Assembly (NCBI GenBank): GCA_963737155.1
Contig: CAVTRN010000001.1
Location: 1,408,001 to 1,472,000 of the forward strand
Reading direction: 5' to 3'
Length of the DNA stretch: 64,000 bases
Origin: Nitrospirota bacterium
Lineage (GTDB): Bacteria; Nitrospirota; UBA9217
The position numbers were made by a program, and so were the translations under genes. Below, piece by piece: positions 36,566 to 47,453 of the stretch (position 1 is its first letter; each line of letters begins with the position of its first letter). The notes under the pieces are model-generated. The model had not been told where the DNA came from. It did not search any database and saw only the letters and a program-made list of their open reading frames with translations.

Positions 36566-37588
36566 ATGCTCAAAAAAGCCAAAGATTTTCAGATGCCTAA
36601 AAAACTTCAATATGATCCGAAAAAAACAAGCGACACCTATGGAAAATTCACGGCCGAGCCTCTAGAGCGTGGTTTTGGAACTACTCTGGGCAACTCCCTA
36701 CGCCGGGTTCTTCTCTCCTCCCTTGAGGGATCTGCTATCACCTCACTGAAAATAGCGGGAGTTCAACACGAGTTCTCGAGTATTCCGGGTGTGATCGAAG
36801 ATACGACGGATCTGATCTTAAACCTCAAGGAGGTCAGACTCAAACTTCATACGGATAAGCCCAAGACTCTGATCCTCAGGTCCAAGGGGCCGGGAGAAGT
36901 TACAGCAAAAGACATAGAAGCGGATGCGGAAGTAGAAATTTTGAATCCTGATCTCCACCTTGCGACGATCGATAAAAATGGTAAACTTGAGCTTGAGATG
37001 CGGGCACGTCGTGGTCGAGGATACGTTGCATCGGATAGAAACAAGGAACCCGGTCAGGCCATTGGGGTTATTCCGATCGATTCCATTTTTTCACCAATAC
37101 GCAAAGTGAATTTCAAGGTTGAAAACGCCCGCGTCGGCCAGGATACCGATTATGACAAGCTTGTTCTCGATGTCTGGACAGACGGAAGCATCAAGCCTGA
37201 TGATGCCGTTGCCCACGCTGCAAAACTGCTGAAGGATCACCTTTCGATCTTCATTCATTTGCCCGAGGAAGAAGAGGACCTCCCGGTCATGGAAGAAGAG
37301 ATCAAGAAAGTCCCTTCGTTCAATGAAAATCTTCTGCGCAGCGTGAATGAACTTGAGCTTTCTGTGCGGGCGGCAAACTGTCTCAAAAATGCAGGGATTG
37401 AAACCATTGCCGAAATGGTACAAAAGACCGAAAGTGAAATGCTCAAAACCAAGAATTTCGGAAGAAAGTCATTAAACGAAATAAAAGAGATTCTTGCAGA
37501 GATGGGGCTTTCATTGGGCATGAAGGTCGACGATAAAATCGTCTCTGAGGCCAGGCGGCTGTTGGCGGAAAAACCGAGTGAAGCATAA
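36566..37588 (+). CDS. rpoA: RNA polymerase alpha subunit
   Basis: [33 protein letters not shown]. Confidence 0.99.
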   Translation: MLKKAKDFQMPKKLQYDPKKTSDTYGKFTAEPLERGFGTTLGNSLRRVLLSSLEGSAITSLKIAGVQHEFSSIPGVIEDTTDLILNLKEVRLKLHTDKPKTLILRSKGPGEVTAKDIEADAEVEILNPDLHLATIDKNGKLELEMRARRGRGYVASDRNKEPGQAIGVIPIDSIFSPIRKVNFKVENARVGQDTDYDKLVLDVWTDGSIKPDDAVAHAAKLLKDHLSIFIHLPEEEEDLPVMEEEIKKVPSFNENLLRSVNELELSVRAANCLKNAGIETIAEMVQKTESEMLKTKNFGRKSLNEIKEILAEMGLSLGMKVDDKIVSEARRLLAEKPSEA

Positions 37589-37625
37589 TATAACCTAATA
37601 ACATAATATTGGCAGGGACAACAAA

Positions 37626-38048
37626 ATGAGACATGGATGCGCAGGCAGACAATTTGGTAGAAACTCAGGGCATCGCAAGGCTTTGCTCCGAATGCTCGTA
37701 ACAGCGTTACTGAAAAATGAAAAAATTGAAACCACGACGGCCAAAGCAAAAGAAATAAGGCCTTTGGCGGAAAAAATGATTACCCTCGCGAAGAGGGGGG
37801 ATCTACATGCACGTCGTCAGGCTCTGAGCTTTATTCAGGATGACTCCGTTGTAAGCAGCCTGTTTGCACAGATTGGTCCACGGTTTTCATCCCGTGCCGG
37901 AGGCTATACACGCATTGTTCCGACTCGCAATAGGCCTGGTGATGCGGCTCCAATGGCAGTAATCGAATTGGTTCAGAGGGAAAAAATTGAAGCTGAGGGC
38001 ACAAAGCCCAAGGGGAAGACTAAAGCAGACAAGACAGCGGCTGCATAA
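37626..38048 (+). CDS. rplQ: 50S ribosomal protein L17
   Basis: [17 protein letters not shown]. Confidence 0.99.
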   Translation: MRHGCAGRQFGRNSGHRKALLRMLVTALLKNEKIETTTAKAKEIRPLAEKMITLAKRGDLHARRQALSFIQDDSVVSSLFAQIGPRFSSRAGGYTRIVPTRNRPGDAAPMAVIELVQREKIEAEGTKPKGKTKADKTAAA

Positions 38049-38114
38049 TTCTAAAATTCCATTTGGCTGTCAATTCGAACAGGTTGTTTCTGTGCGGTTT
38101 AGCCGCTAATATAT

Positions 38115-38166
38115 AATGCAATTAAAAGAGGCAAGAGCGTAAGCTCTTGCCTCTTTTAATTGCATT
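38115..38166. terminator. bidirectional intrinsic terminator ending the alpha operon
   Basis: Perfect 24-bp inverted repeat AATGCAATTAAAAGAGGCAAGAGC-GTAA-GCTCTTGCCTCTTTTAATTGCATT. Confidence 0.85.
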
Positions 38167-38451
38167 TGCAGGCAATTTCTTTTGTGTTAAAGACACAAGA
38201 TCAGCCGATAGAAGTGGGAGGGGCATTTATAATGGGATCGCCGGTTATGGAACTCCGTCTTTATTCCAGAGGCAGATACTGACTTCCGGCTCGATCGGGT
38301 ATTGACGAAGTCACGCAGGATGAGGAACATCTTGACGGTACCCCCTCTTGGTCATGCCGGTTGAGAGTGCAGGAAAGACTAAATGGTCTATAGTATCTTC
38401 TGAGCATAAAAAAAAATAATTTAGGCGTCTTCCTTGTTTTGAGATTACTGC

Positions 38452-40012
38452 GTGGCTGGTGAAAAAATTATCGTAGTTGACGATGAGGATATAATCAGGG
38501 ATCTCTGTAACCATATTCTGAGTTCGGAAGGATATATGGTTACAACGGTAGAAAACGGGGAAAAGGCTCTCGATGAGCTCACACGTGCACCGGCGGACCT
38601 TTTGATCACGGATATCGCAATACCGGGAATGGAAGGGTTGGAGCTTTTCGAACGCGTCAAGGATCGGAACCTCGAACTCGTCACAATTTTCATCACGGGA
38701 CATGGTTCGCTGGATATCGCCATCGAGTCCCTCATGCGCGGGGTGGACGGCTTCGTATTGAAGCCATTCAACCAGGAAGAGCTGCTCGGCACTGTCAGCC
38801 GGGCGATCAGCAGGAGCAAGCTGAAAAATGAGAACATCAGGCTCAAAGCGTTGATTCCACTTTTTGAAATCAGCAGACTTCTGGTTACCGAGATCGATCT
38901 CGCTATCACCTGTTTAAGATCATAACTGAGGTGCTGGTGCAGGAATTTGCTGTGGATCGCGTTTCCCTGATGCTCATGGATGAGGTGAGCGGAAATCTCC
39001 TGATCCGCGCTTCCCATGGCTTACCGACGGAGATGGCGCTGAAAGCACGGCGAAAAATCGGAGAGGGCGTGGCAGGGTTGGTGCTCAAGCAACGTAAATC
39101 TTTGATCATCTCGGAAGGAAAGCATCCGGATCGGGAGGTGATGGACGTCATCAACCGCGAGGACATGCCGGCATCATCCATGTCAGTACCGCTTATCGGC
39201 AAAAATAAAAATTTTGGCGTGCTCAACTTAAGCAAGTTTTCGGGATCTCCCTTTACGGCAAGCGATCTACAGATTGTACTGATACTGTCAAGTCAGGTAG
39301 TTACTGCCATGGAGAACGCTGCGCTCTATGAAGACCAAAGGGAAAGCTATTTCAGAACAGTTCAAGCCCTCGTTGCCGCCGTCGAAGCAAAGGACCTTAA
39401 ACTCGCTGGCACTCGACGAATGTTACCAGATACGCCGTGGCGATCGCCCGGGATATGGGTATGAGTCCGACGCAGCTTGAGGAAATACATGTTGCCTCGA
39501 TTCTCCACGATATAGGCAAGATCGGCATCAGTGAGTTGATAATCGGTAAGCCGGGACGCCTCAGCCAAGAGGAGTTCGACATTATGAAAGACCATCCGGC
39601 TCATGGACTTCGAATTTTTGAGCCCATCGGTTTTTCAGTGTCTATTACGAGCGCGATCTTTCAACATCATGAACGCTATGACGGCAAGGGATACCCCCAG
39701 GGGCTTGTCGGCGACCACATTTCACCGGCTGCGAGAATTCTGAACGTGGCAGACACCATCGATGCGATGGTCTCCGAACGGCCCTATCGTGGGAGAATAT
39801 CCAGCCAGGAAGTTCTTCTGGAACTGGAGCGGGAAGCAGAGAGACAGTTCGATCCTCTCGTTGTTGAATCGGCGAAAATACTGATCGAAAAAGGCCTTTT
39901 AAAACTCGGGATGCATCCCTATTACCAGTCCGCCAGACTTGAAAGAACGGGGAGAAATGGGGAAAAAAACAGCACAGCAATAGCTCTAAAGGCAACATTG
40001 TGCGGATGGTAA
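38452..40012 (+). pseudogene. REC-GAF-HD-GYP c-di-GMP phosphodiesterase, split by two frameshifts
   Basis: REC (IIVVDDE, LLITDI, ITGHG, KPF); shift near 38905 (HLFKIITEVLVQEF resumes in another frame); GAF; shift near 39398 (KD-x-TRWHSTNVTRYA); HDIGKI and HHERYDGKGYP. Confidence 0.85.
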
Positions 40013-40370
40013 GGCAGAAGACGTCCTTCGTGTCCACACAGCGGGAAGAGAAACCTGCGAAGTCCCATCCGAGCGTCGAAACGAGCGGTAACGGTTACAT
40101 TGATATGCTCCACTACCTCGTCAATAGCGTAAAGACAGAGATCATATCACTGGATTGAGACAGCTGGATAAGAGTTTTCAACGCTGCGATCGAAAGGCTT
40201 TTTGGTCTGCCGCGCATGATGGTGATTGGTAGGCATATAAATGAAATTGGCCGAATGATGGATTCTGATGATCATGGTCGCCATGCAGCTTTGTGAGAGG
40301 ATTTGCAATGCTATATGGGCTGTGGGAGCCGAGCTTTACCTTGATTTTGGTCTTATTACTCAACCCGGAA
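40006..40370 (+). pseudogene. PAS-domain protein remnant
   Basis: Translation LVNSVKTEIISLD*DSWIRVFNAAIERLFGLPRMMVIGRHINEI with in-frame stops; 3' end approximate. Confidence 0.6.
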
Positions 40371-40946
40371 ATTGAACTTCCATGCGTTACGCGGCTATCC
40401 TATCAGCAGTATGGCTTGGTCCGTTAACACGGTTTTATACGTTTTCTCCTGTTGCTTGGTGTCTGAACGCATAGTTTGTTAGAACATAATGCCATATAAT
40501 ATAACAAATTATCGGGCGACAAAGCCCCTTAGGCGTGGCTAAAATCCCGTTGCTTTCATCCGCAAGCCGACTATTACGGCGTCGACAATAAATTGCTTTA
40601 TCGGACTTCTTACTTCTGGTTGGGGATTTTAATAATGAGAATGTCAGAAGTCTCGTCTTACGTACTGTCATCCTAAAAATGGCGTTGATGCGATGTTTCT
40701 CATAACATCAATAGGATGCTTTTAATTTTTCGTTAATCCGTTGGGTAAGCATTTAAACTGCGCAACAGTTGCCACGATTTACGGCAATGTCTTATTTTTT
40801 TGATGACCATTTCGGTTTTGCTGCCGAATTTAGGTTTCCTACGCCAATGCAGCTCGCTGTCTGGAAGCCCGCAAAGGCCCCCCTGAAGCAATAGTTGCGC
40901 ACGATGGTAACTCTCCTGGCACAATTCAGTAAACAGCAGAAAACGC

Positions 40947-40975
40947 TTGACTAAAGGATGTTACTTTGATATATT
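40947..40975 (+). promoter_or_regulatory. candidate sigma70 promoter upstream of the porin
   Basis: TTGACT-N17-TATATT with extended -10 TGn. Confidence 0.5.
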
Positions 40976-41414
40976 CGACTCAAGTTAGTGCTCTAAAACA
41001 CCTGCAATAGCAATTCTTTTTTTTCTCGAATAACAGTAGCAGTTTGTAATAGTGGCAGATGCAAGCGATTTATACTATCTATGATTACCACTTGCAGACC
41101 TACATATCATCAAGGTTACTGCATCCCCGAAGAGAAGGAACATGCTCCTGCCTTGCGCTCTCTCTCGGGACCTTTCGCAGAAGTTGAACATTTTGCCTTA
41201 AAATTAAGAGTTGACAGCAGTTCATTATTTGATGTTGGGTCTCGTTACTTCTGTCACAACCGGTTCCGTCACATTATATCTAAAGAGAGGGGGGGTGTCG
41301 CGAACTCATAAAATTTTGTTTCATAAGAATTGCTGCTGTGTTTTTCGTAAATAACCTAGGTCATGACGTGTTCCGCTGTAGATCGGAACGAATCTATTTT
41401 AGGGAGGATAAACG

Positions 41415-42770
41415 ATGAAGAAGCTTCTCGTAGTTTTTGTTGTACTGACAATGGTTTGCTTCAGCTCAATGGCATTTGCTGACATGTCAGATGTTTCAGT
41501 AACTGTCGACGGTAGCGTACAAATCCGAAGCAGGGATTTTGAAAACCTCAATTTCGATAAGTTTAATGATGCGGGTACTACCCGCGACACGCAAGAGAGA
41601 ATCATGCTTGATGTGAATGCCAAGGCGGGTGATGATGTTAAGGGTAAAATTTCGCTTTGGAACGACTGGGAAGACTGGGGCAACTTAGAATCTGCAGAAG
41701 GTACTGGCTTTGGTAGTCCTGCAAAATCAGGAATAGATGTTAATTCCTTCGGTTTTCGTGAAGCATGGATGAATTTCAATGTACCCGGCATCCCGGTAAA
41801 TGTTACAGCGGGCCATCAGCTTCTTCAGCTTGGTAATGGCTGGTTCCTTCGCAATAAGCATTACGGTGATGATGCGTGGGTAGTTGCTAATGTGACGGGA
41901 CCTAATACTGTAGCTGCTGTTAATATAAAGGCCGCTGAGATATCAACTCATAGCTCTGATCAAGCTATCGATGGCTACGCTCTTCTCGACGTCTTCAAGT
42001 TGGCGGATAACATGACAGTTGGTGCTGATCTGACAAGTGTGTTGGACCGTGCTAACTCATTGGGATTGGGAGGCGCTGGGGCCCCCGGATCAGTAGCTCT
42101 CTATAATCTTGGCTTGAATTTTAATGGGACCCTTGGCCCCTTGGTATTGTCAGCACAGGTTGACGGTCAAGCCGGAAAAACAGACACTGCGCTGGGTGCG
42201 AGTTTCGAGGGCAACGAAGTCGTAATTCAGGGTAAGGTGCCGATTGATCCTCTTACGATTAGATTCACCGCTGCACGTGGTTCGGGCGACAACGGTATCG
42301 GATCGACCACTCCAAGAAGGGACCCGAATTACGAGGGCATGCAGACCCTCCTGGATATAGATCCGCACTACACCTTCCTTTACGAGTATAAGATTCCCAC
42401 TGCTGCAGGAGCTGCCAACTACTTTGGCGGGGTACACACAGGGTTTGAGAATACTACAGCACTTAGCCTGGGCGCTCAATTTGCTGCTTCTAAATCTGTG
42501 AACTTCGGTATAGATGTATGGTGGTTGCAAGCAACGGAAGCAGCAAACGTAGCAAACTTAGTCGGTACGGGTGCGAGTGCTATAAATGGCGGACTTTCGC
42601 ATAATATCGGGTGGGAAGAAGATATTAACCTTAATTGGCAGCTCTATAATAACCTCTCATGGAACTGGGTGGCTGGCTACTTCACGCCAGGAAATGTCTA
42701 TCAGAGTCATAATGGCGCTAATGCTGATGCGGCATACGGCCTCCAGGGTGTACTTGCCCTAACATTCTAA
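41415..42770 (+). CDS. outer-membrane beta-barrel porin (alginate-export/OmpJ-like)
   Basis: Signal peptide ending AFA, FREAW..GHQLLQLG motif, alternating beta strands, C-terminal Phe, strong RBS GGAGG. Confidence 0.8.
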   Translation: MKKLLVVFVVLTMVCFSSMAFADMSDVSVTVDGSVQIRSRDFENLNFDKFNDAGTTRDTQERIMLDVNAKAGDDVKGKISLWNDWEDWGNLESAEGTGFGSPAKSGIDVNSFGFREAWMNFNVPGIPVNVTAGHQLLQLGNGWFLRNKHYGDDAWVVANVTGPNTVAAVNIKAAEISTHSSDQAIDGYALLDVFKLADNMTVGADLTSVLDRANSLGLGGAGAPGSVALYNLGLNFNGTLGPLVLSAQVDGQAGKTDTALGASFEGNEVVIQGKVPIDPLTIRFTAARGSGDNGIGSTTPRRDPNYEGMQTLLDIDPHYTFLYEYKIPTAAGAANYFGGVHTGFENTTALSLGAQFAASKSVNFGIDVWWLQATEAANVANLVGTGASAINGGLSHNIGWEEDINLNWQLYNNLSWNWVAGYFTPGNVYQSHNGANADAAYGLQGVLALTF

Positions 42771-42799
42771 GCTCGGTTTTCTGTATTTTTTTCTGATTG

Positions 42800-42835
42800 A
42801 AAAACCCCCGGAGGAGAAATCCTCCGGGGGTTTTT
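42800..42835 (+). terminator. intrinsic terminator after the porin
   Basis: AAAAACCCCCGGAGGA-GAAA-TCCTCCGGGGGTTTTT. Confidence 0.9.
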
Positions 42836-43190
42836 GGTTACGGAATTCAAAAAGGAGACGCCCGCCTTGGCCTTATCGATCCTGCACTATCCTTTTTCAC
42901 GATTATTAGCGCCACTCTACCGCAAATCCGCATTCCGGGCTTGGCCCGAAATGCATTTTTCCCTTATGGTTTTGCATCCCTGCTTTCGCAAGAATGATGT
43001 ACTGAGACGTGTACAGATTGCGAGACCATTCATAATCCCAAATAAGTGATAAGTTAATTTGATAGGATAATTAGACTTGAGACGTGCGATTTAATGTGAT
43101 AGTATACAACACTTCGTTGGAATACATCATATCTGATCGTTCAATTTGCTCCAAATATTGGAATCGTTAGGAAAGCAAAGGGTAGGGGGC

Positions 43191-45518
43191 ATGGATCGTG
43201 ACAGCTGGCAGAATTATCAGGATCTGATCAACTGCATCCCTGATCCGGTCATTATTATCGATAATGGCTGCCGCATCACCATGGTCAACGATGCCCTGCT
43301 TGAAATGCAGGAAGATTCCCGCGAAAATCTTATAGGCAATTCCTGTCATAAAGTCCTTCATCACCAGGACCTCCCCTGTCAGATGTCCGAATGCGGTTGC
43401 CCCTTCAAGGAAGTTCTCAGCTCAGGGAAGCCGCTCAAGCTGACCCACCGCCATTTTTCGAAGCAGCGGAAAGAAGTCCTTGTGGAGCTGGTGGCTTCTC
43501 CGATCAAAAGCAGCGACGGCGCAATAGTCGGGATGCTCGAGTTAATACGTGATGTCACCATCAGTGCGCGACTTGAAGAGAAGAGCAGACAGTCGCTCGC
43601 ATTTCTAACAAGTGTTCTCGAAGGCATCGGTGAAGGCGTTGTGGTGGTGGACAGAGACTATCGCATCCTCTCTGCAAACAAGGGTTACCTCAATCAAGTG
43701 GGAAGTGTGCATGAGCATGTCGTGGGAAGGCATTGTTATGAAGTATCGCACCACTTTGCATCTCTCTGCAGTGGGAGCAAGCATGATTGTCCGGTGCGTG
43801 TCGTGTTTGAAACAGGCCGTCCAGAGAAGGCCATGCATGTACACTATGACCAACAAGGCAGGGAAATCTACGTTGAATGCCATGCCTATCCTATTGAGGA
43901 CTCGTCAGGCCAGGTCATCAGCGCTATCGAGACCCTGAATGATGTTACCGAGCGCGTGCAGCTGGAGTGGATGCTCAAGGAGTCTGAAGAAAAGTACCGA
44001 GACCTGTATGATAATGCGCCGGACGGATATTATTCTCTTGCTGAGAATGGCCTCATTGTTGAAGTGAACAAAACTTTTCTGGACATGCTCGGCTATCGCC
44101 GTGACGCAGTTGTTCGGAAACTGTTTATTGAAGAACTGTTGTCCGAAGACAGCATCCAGATATGCCACAAAATATTTCCGGAGCTAAAAAAGACTGGCAG
44201 GATAGAGCACTTGGAATTGACTCTGGTGAGGAAAGATGGATCGTTACTGCCGATTATGATGAATGCCTCGGCTTTATATGGAGAAGAAGGCAACTTTTTC
44301 ATGAGCCGGTCGGTGGTTCGGGATATATCAGAACGGAAAAAGGCCGATGAAGATAAACGAAAACTTCGGGAGCAGCTGTATCAGTCGCAGAAATTGGAAG
44401 CACTCGGGACGCTTGCGGGAGGGATCGCCCATGACTTCAATAACCTACTGGCATCCATCCTCGGCTACTCTGCCCTTGCAAAGGTGGATTTAAACGACGG
44501 AGATCCGTTGTATCGCCACATCGAGATCATAGAGAATGCGTCGCTGCGTGCGTCGGAACTGACCGAGCAGCTGCTTGCTTTCGCAAAAGGCGGGAAATAC
44601 GATGCAAAGCCCAATGATGTCAATATCATTGTGGGAGATGTAGCCGCGCTCCTAGTACGCACAATCGGCAAAAATATCACGCTGAATGTCAATACTGACA
44701 AAAATCTCCGGCCTGCTATCTGCGATGCTGGCCAGATCCATCAGGCTATTCTGAATCTGAGCATCAATGGACGCGATTCCATGCCTCAGGGCGGGAAGCT
44801 TACCATCCGGACGGAAAACGTCCGGATGGATATAACAGACGTACAGTATCTCGTCGATGTCCCGCCGGGCGATTATGTCCGCATATCCGTGTCCGACACC
44901 GGCGCAGGAATGGATCGCCAGACCCAACAGCATATGTTCGAGCCTTTCTTTACCACCAAGGAAAAGGGAACCGGTTTGGGACTGGCTCTCGTGTACGGCA
45001 TCATTAAAAAGCACAACGGGTTTATTCAGGTATGCAGCGAACCAGGACGTGGATCGCTGTTTGAAGTGAACCTCATTGCCTGCACCGACGAGTATGTTTG
45101 TACGGAAAAGGGGGATAGAATGGAACTACCTCGCGGCACCGGGACGATCCTGGTAGTGGATGACGAGCCGCTTGTCATGCAACTTGCCAGAGATATCTTG
45201 AAACGCTTCGGTTACAGTGTGCTGACCGCGGGTTGCGGAGAGGAAGCCGTGGCGCTTTATCGGCAGCAGCCCGGGGAGATTAAGGCTGTCGTACTTGACA
45301 TCGTTATGCCCGGCATGGATGGGAGGGAAGTTTTTCGGCAGCTTCGTAACGTTAATCCCCATGTTACTGTCATTATTTCAAGCGGGCACAGTCATGACAG
45401 TGATGCCGACGATCTGCTGATGCAGGGCGTAGCCGGTTTTGTGCAGAAACCCTATCGGATTGCCGATCTTCTCCATGTGGTGAAAGACGCAGTGGAGGGA
45501 GCGAACAGGGGCAAGTAG
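43191..45518 (+). CDS. hybrid sensor histidine kinase (3 PAS, HisKA, HATPase, REC)
   Basis: GGIAHDFNNLL, NLSINGRD, DTGAG, FFTTK, GTGLGL, ILVVDDE..DIVMP; start could be 43146. Confidence 0.93.
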   Translation: MDRDSWQNYQDLINCIPDPVIIIDNGCRITMVNDALLEMQEDSRENLIGNSCHKVLHHQDLPCQMSECGCPFKEVLSSGKPLKLTHRHFSKQRKEVLVELVASPIKSSDGAIVGMLELIRDVTISARLEEKSRQSLAFLTSVLEGIGEGVVVVDRDYRILSANKGYLNQVGSVHEHVVGRHCYEVSHHFASLCSGSKHDCPVRVVFETGRPEKAMHVHYDQQGREIYVECHAYPIEDSSGQVISAIETLNDVTERVQLEWMLKESEEKYRDLYDNAPDGYYSLAENGLIVEVNKTFLDMLGYRRDAVVRKLFIEELLSEDSIQICHKIFPELKKTGRIEHLELTLVRKDGSLLPIMMNASALYGEEGNFFMSRSVVRDISERKKADEDKRKLREQLYQSQKLEALGTLAGGIAHDFNNLLASILGYSALAKVDLNDGDPLYRHIEIIENASLRASELTEQLLAFAKGGKYDAKPNDVNIIVGDVAALLVRTIGKNITLNVNTDKNLRPAICDAGQIHQAILNLSINGRDSMPQGGKLTIRTENVRMDITDVQYLVDVPPGDYVRISVSDTGAGMDRQTQQHMFEPFFTTKEKGTGLGLALVYGIIKKHNGFIQVCSEPGRGSLFEVNLIACTDEYVCTEKGDRMELPRGTGTILVVDDEPLVMQLARDILKRFGYSVLTAGCGEEAVALYRQQPGEIKAVVLDIVMPGMDGREVFRQLRNVNPHVTVIISSGHSHDSDADDLLMQGVAGFVQKPYRIADLLHVVKDAVEGANRGK

Positions 45519-45598
45519 CAAAGATATTGTTCACAGATTCTTCTACGCTTCCGAGGTTTTTCCATGCTTCTTGTCATATGTCTCTTGCCTTTTTTTAC

Positions 45599-45849
45599 CG
45601 AAACATCCCGAGAAAGCCCCTGCTTTTAGCCATGGGGAAGAATGCGGTAACTTAGCAACTACAGGACTTACTTATGTGATATAGTTGGTGCTTAAATGTC
45701 CAGTAAAGTAAAAATGCAATCTTTTATCCATGAGTCTCGCCTTGTAGCGACTTCCAAAGACTACCGGATGCTCAATATCCGTCCGTTGCTGCCAGGCGAT
45801 TGCTAGTACTGCCGTTAGAACCCTTGGCCTTAGACATGGGACGGTTCAG
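45599..45849 (+). mobile_element. non-autonomous IS200/IS605 derivative (PATE-like) with a 5' tnpB fragment
   Basis: Target TTAC (45595-98); guide AAAG plus hairpin CCCCTGCTTTTAGCCATGGGG; ORF from 45696 MSSKVKMQSFIHESRLV resembles a TnpB N-terminus; right end GAAC, degenerate hairpin, TCAG. Confidence 0.8.
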
Positions 45850-46697
45850 GGATTCTGTAATTTCGCGGCTTTTACAACGTGTTTTAACAGAACCCGCGTG
45901 GTTACAGTACCGACGCCGCCGGGTACGGGTGTAATGGAGCCCGCAACTTCCTTGGCAGGCTCGGTGTCAACATCGCCGAAGAGCTTATCTCCCTCCACGT
46001 TAATACCGACATCCATGACCGTTGCACCGTTTTTAATGTAGTCTTTCGTGATCATCCTAGCCTTCCCGATGGCGGCCACCAGGATGTCGGCGCGGCGGCA
46101 GACGCCGGGAAGGTCCTGCGTACGGGAATGACACACCGTGACCGTGGCGTTTTCGCCCAGTAGCAGCATGGACATGGGCTTGCCCACGACCATTGAGCGA
46201 CCGATGACTACGGCTTCTTTTCCACTCATTGGAACCTGATAGAAGCGTAGGATTTCCATCACCGCCTGTGGCGTTGCGGGCGGGAATCCAGTCATGTCTC
46301 CGGCCATGATTTTGCCGGCATTCACCGGGTTAAAGCAGTCAACATCCTTTTCCGGCGCAAGAATGTGCTTGACAACCTCCTCAGTGATCTGCTTAGGGAA
46401 GGGGCGCATGACAATAATGCCGCTGATGTTTCTGTCCGCGTTTCGCTCTTTCAATATCCTGACGAAATCATTCTGGCTCGTTGTGCCGGGTAGCTGTTCG
46501 ATTTCGCAGGCGATCCCGTTTTTCTCAGCCATCTTTTTCGCGCTATTCGCGTAGGTGACTGAATCGGCTGCTTCTCCCACGATCATGATCCTGAGCGCCG
46601 GATTGACGCCTTTCGCCTTGAGTTCCTGCACGTCTTTCTGGATGTCCTGGTCCATTTTCTGAGCCACTTCTTTACCGGTTAATAGTTTTGCTGGCAT
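45846..46697 (-). CDS. folD: methylenetetrahydrofolate dehydrogenase FolD (probably monofunctional)
   Basis: KDVD, GRSMVVGKP, DVGIN, TPVPGGVG. Confidence 0.96.
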   Translation of the reverse strand: MPAKLLTGKEVAQKMDQDIQKDVQELKAKGVNPALRIMIVGEAADSVTYANSAKKMAEKNGIACEIEQLPGTTSQNDFVRILKERNADRNISGIIVMRPFPKQITEEVVKHILAPEKDVDCFNPVNAGKIMAGDMTGFPPATPQAVMEILRFYQVPMSGKEAVVIGRSMVVGKPMSMLLLGENATVTVCHSRTQDLPGVCRRADILVAAIGKARMITKDYIKNGATVMDVGINVEGDKLFGDVDTEPAKEVAGSITPVPGGVGTVTTRVLLKHVVKAAKLQNP

Positions 46698-46814
46698 GGA
46701 TGCTCCTTATTTGTAGTAAGAGGATCAAGTATCATGGACCAAGTGGCACGGGAAAGAGGAGACGCATGAAAAGAAAGTACTTCCTTATCCCCTGTTGTTC
46801 GATCCTTGTATTGT

Positions 46815-47453
46815 TTATCCCATCTTTTTATACGTCGTTGCCATCACTGATTTTTCAAGGGCTGCAACCCGTGCGAGAACATATTCCATGCGGGACCAGG
46901 TTGCATTGTTATAGGATTCGTCTTTGATGCTGTTTACATTGATTTTAACATTTAGCGCTGCACTCTGAGCGCAGGCCTGGGCCAGAAGCACGGCGACGCC
47001 GGCATCGCTCACCGCGGCAACATTGCCGATATCAGCGGCGCGCTCTGCGAGTTTGGCCACATCGAGGGACTTCAGGCCGATCTCGAGGGGGACCTGGCAG
47101 GCTTTTTTGAGGGCCTCCTGCATTTTAGCGGTGCGGGCCGCCTTTTCTGCGTCTGTGTTCTTCGGCATTTTATACACTTCCGAGAGGGCGCCGTATGCCT
47201 CCGTATCCTTCTGGATCAGCTCTTGCATTTCTCCGCGAAGTTTTTCCGATTCCGTCAGGAGAGCCTCGATTTGCGGTTGAACATCCTTGTACTTTTCCTT
47301 TCCGAGCGTCAGGTTTGACACCATGCTGACGAGCGCCGCCCCGAGCGATCCAGTAAGTGCAGCCACGCTTCCACCACCCGGCTCGGGTGATTTACTTGCC
47401 AGCTTATCCATGAAATGCCGTAAAGGTTGATCGATATACACAGCTACCTCCAA
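46815..47453 (-). CDS. fchA: cyclodeaminase/cyclohydrolase family protein (FchA-like methenyl-THF cyclohydrolase)
   Basis: PEPGGGSVAAL, LVSMV, SDAGVA, LNVKIN (FTCD C-terminal family); adjacent to folD. Confidence 0.85.
   Translation of the reverse strand: MEVAVYIDQPLRHFMDKLASKSPEPGGGSVAALTGSLGAALVSMVSNLTLGKEKYKDVQPQIEALLTESEKLRGEMQELIQKDTEAYGALSEVYKMPKNTDAEKAARTAKMQEALKKACQVPLEIGLKSLDVAKLAERAADIGNVAAVSDAGVAVLLAQACAQSAALNVKINVNSIKDESYNNATWSRMEYVLARVAALEKSVMATTYKKMG

Noticed and set aside
41081-41311. 76-aa ORF upstream of the porin
   Set aside because: No RBS, recognisable motif or coding-like composition.
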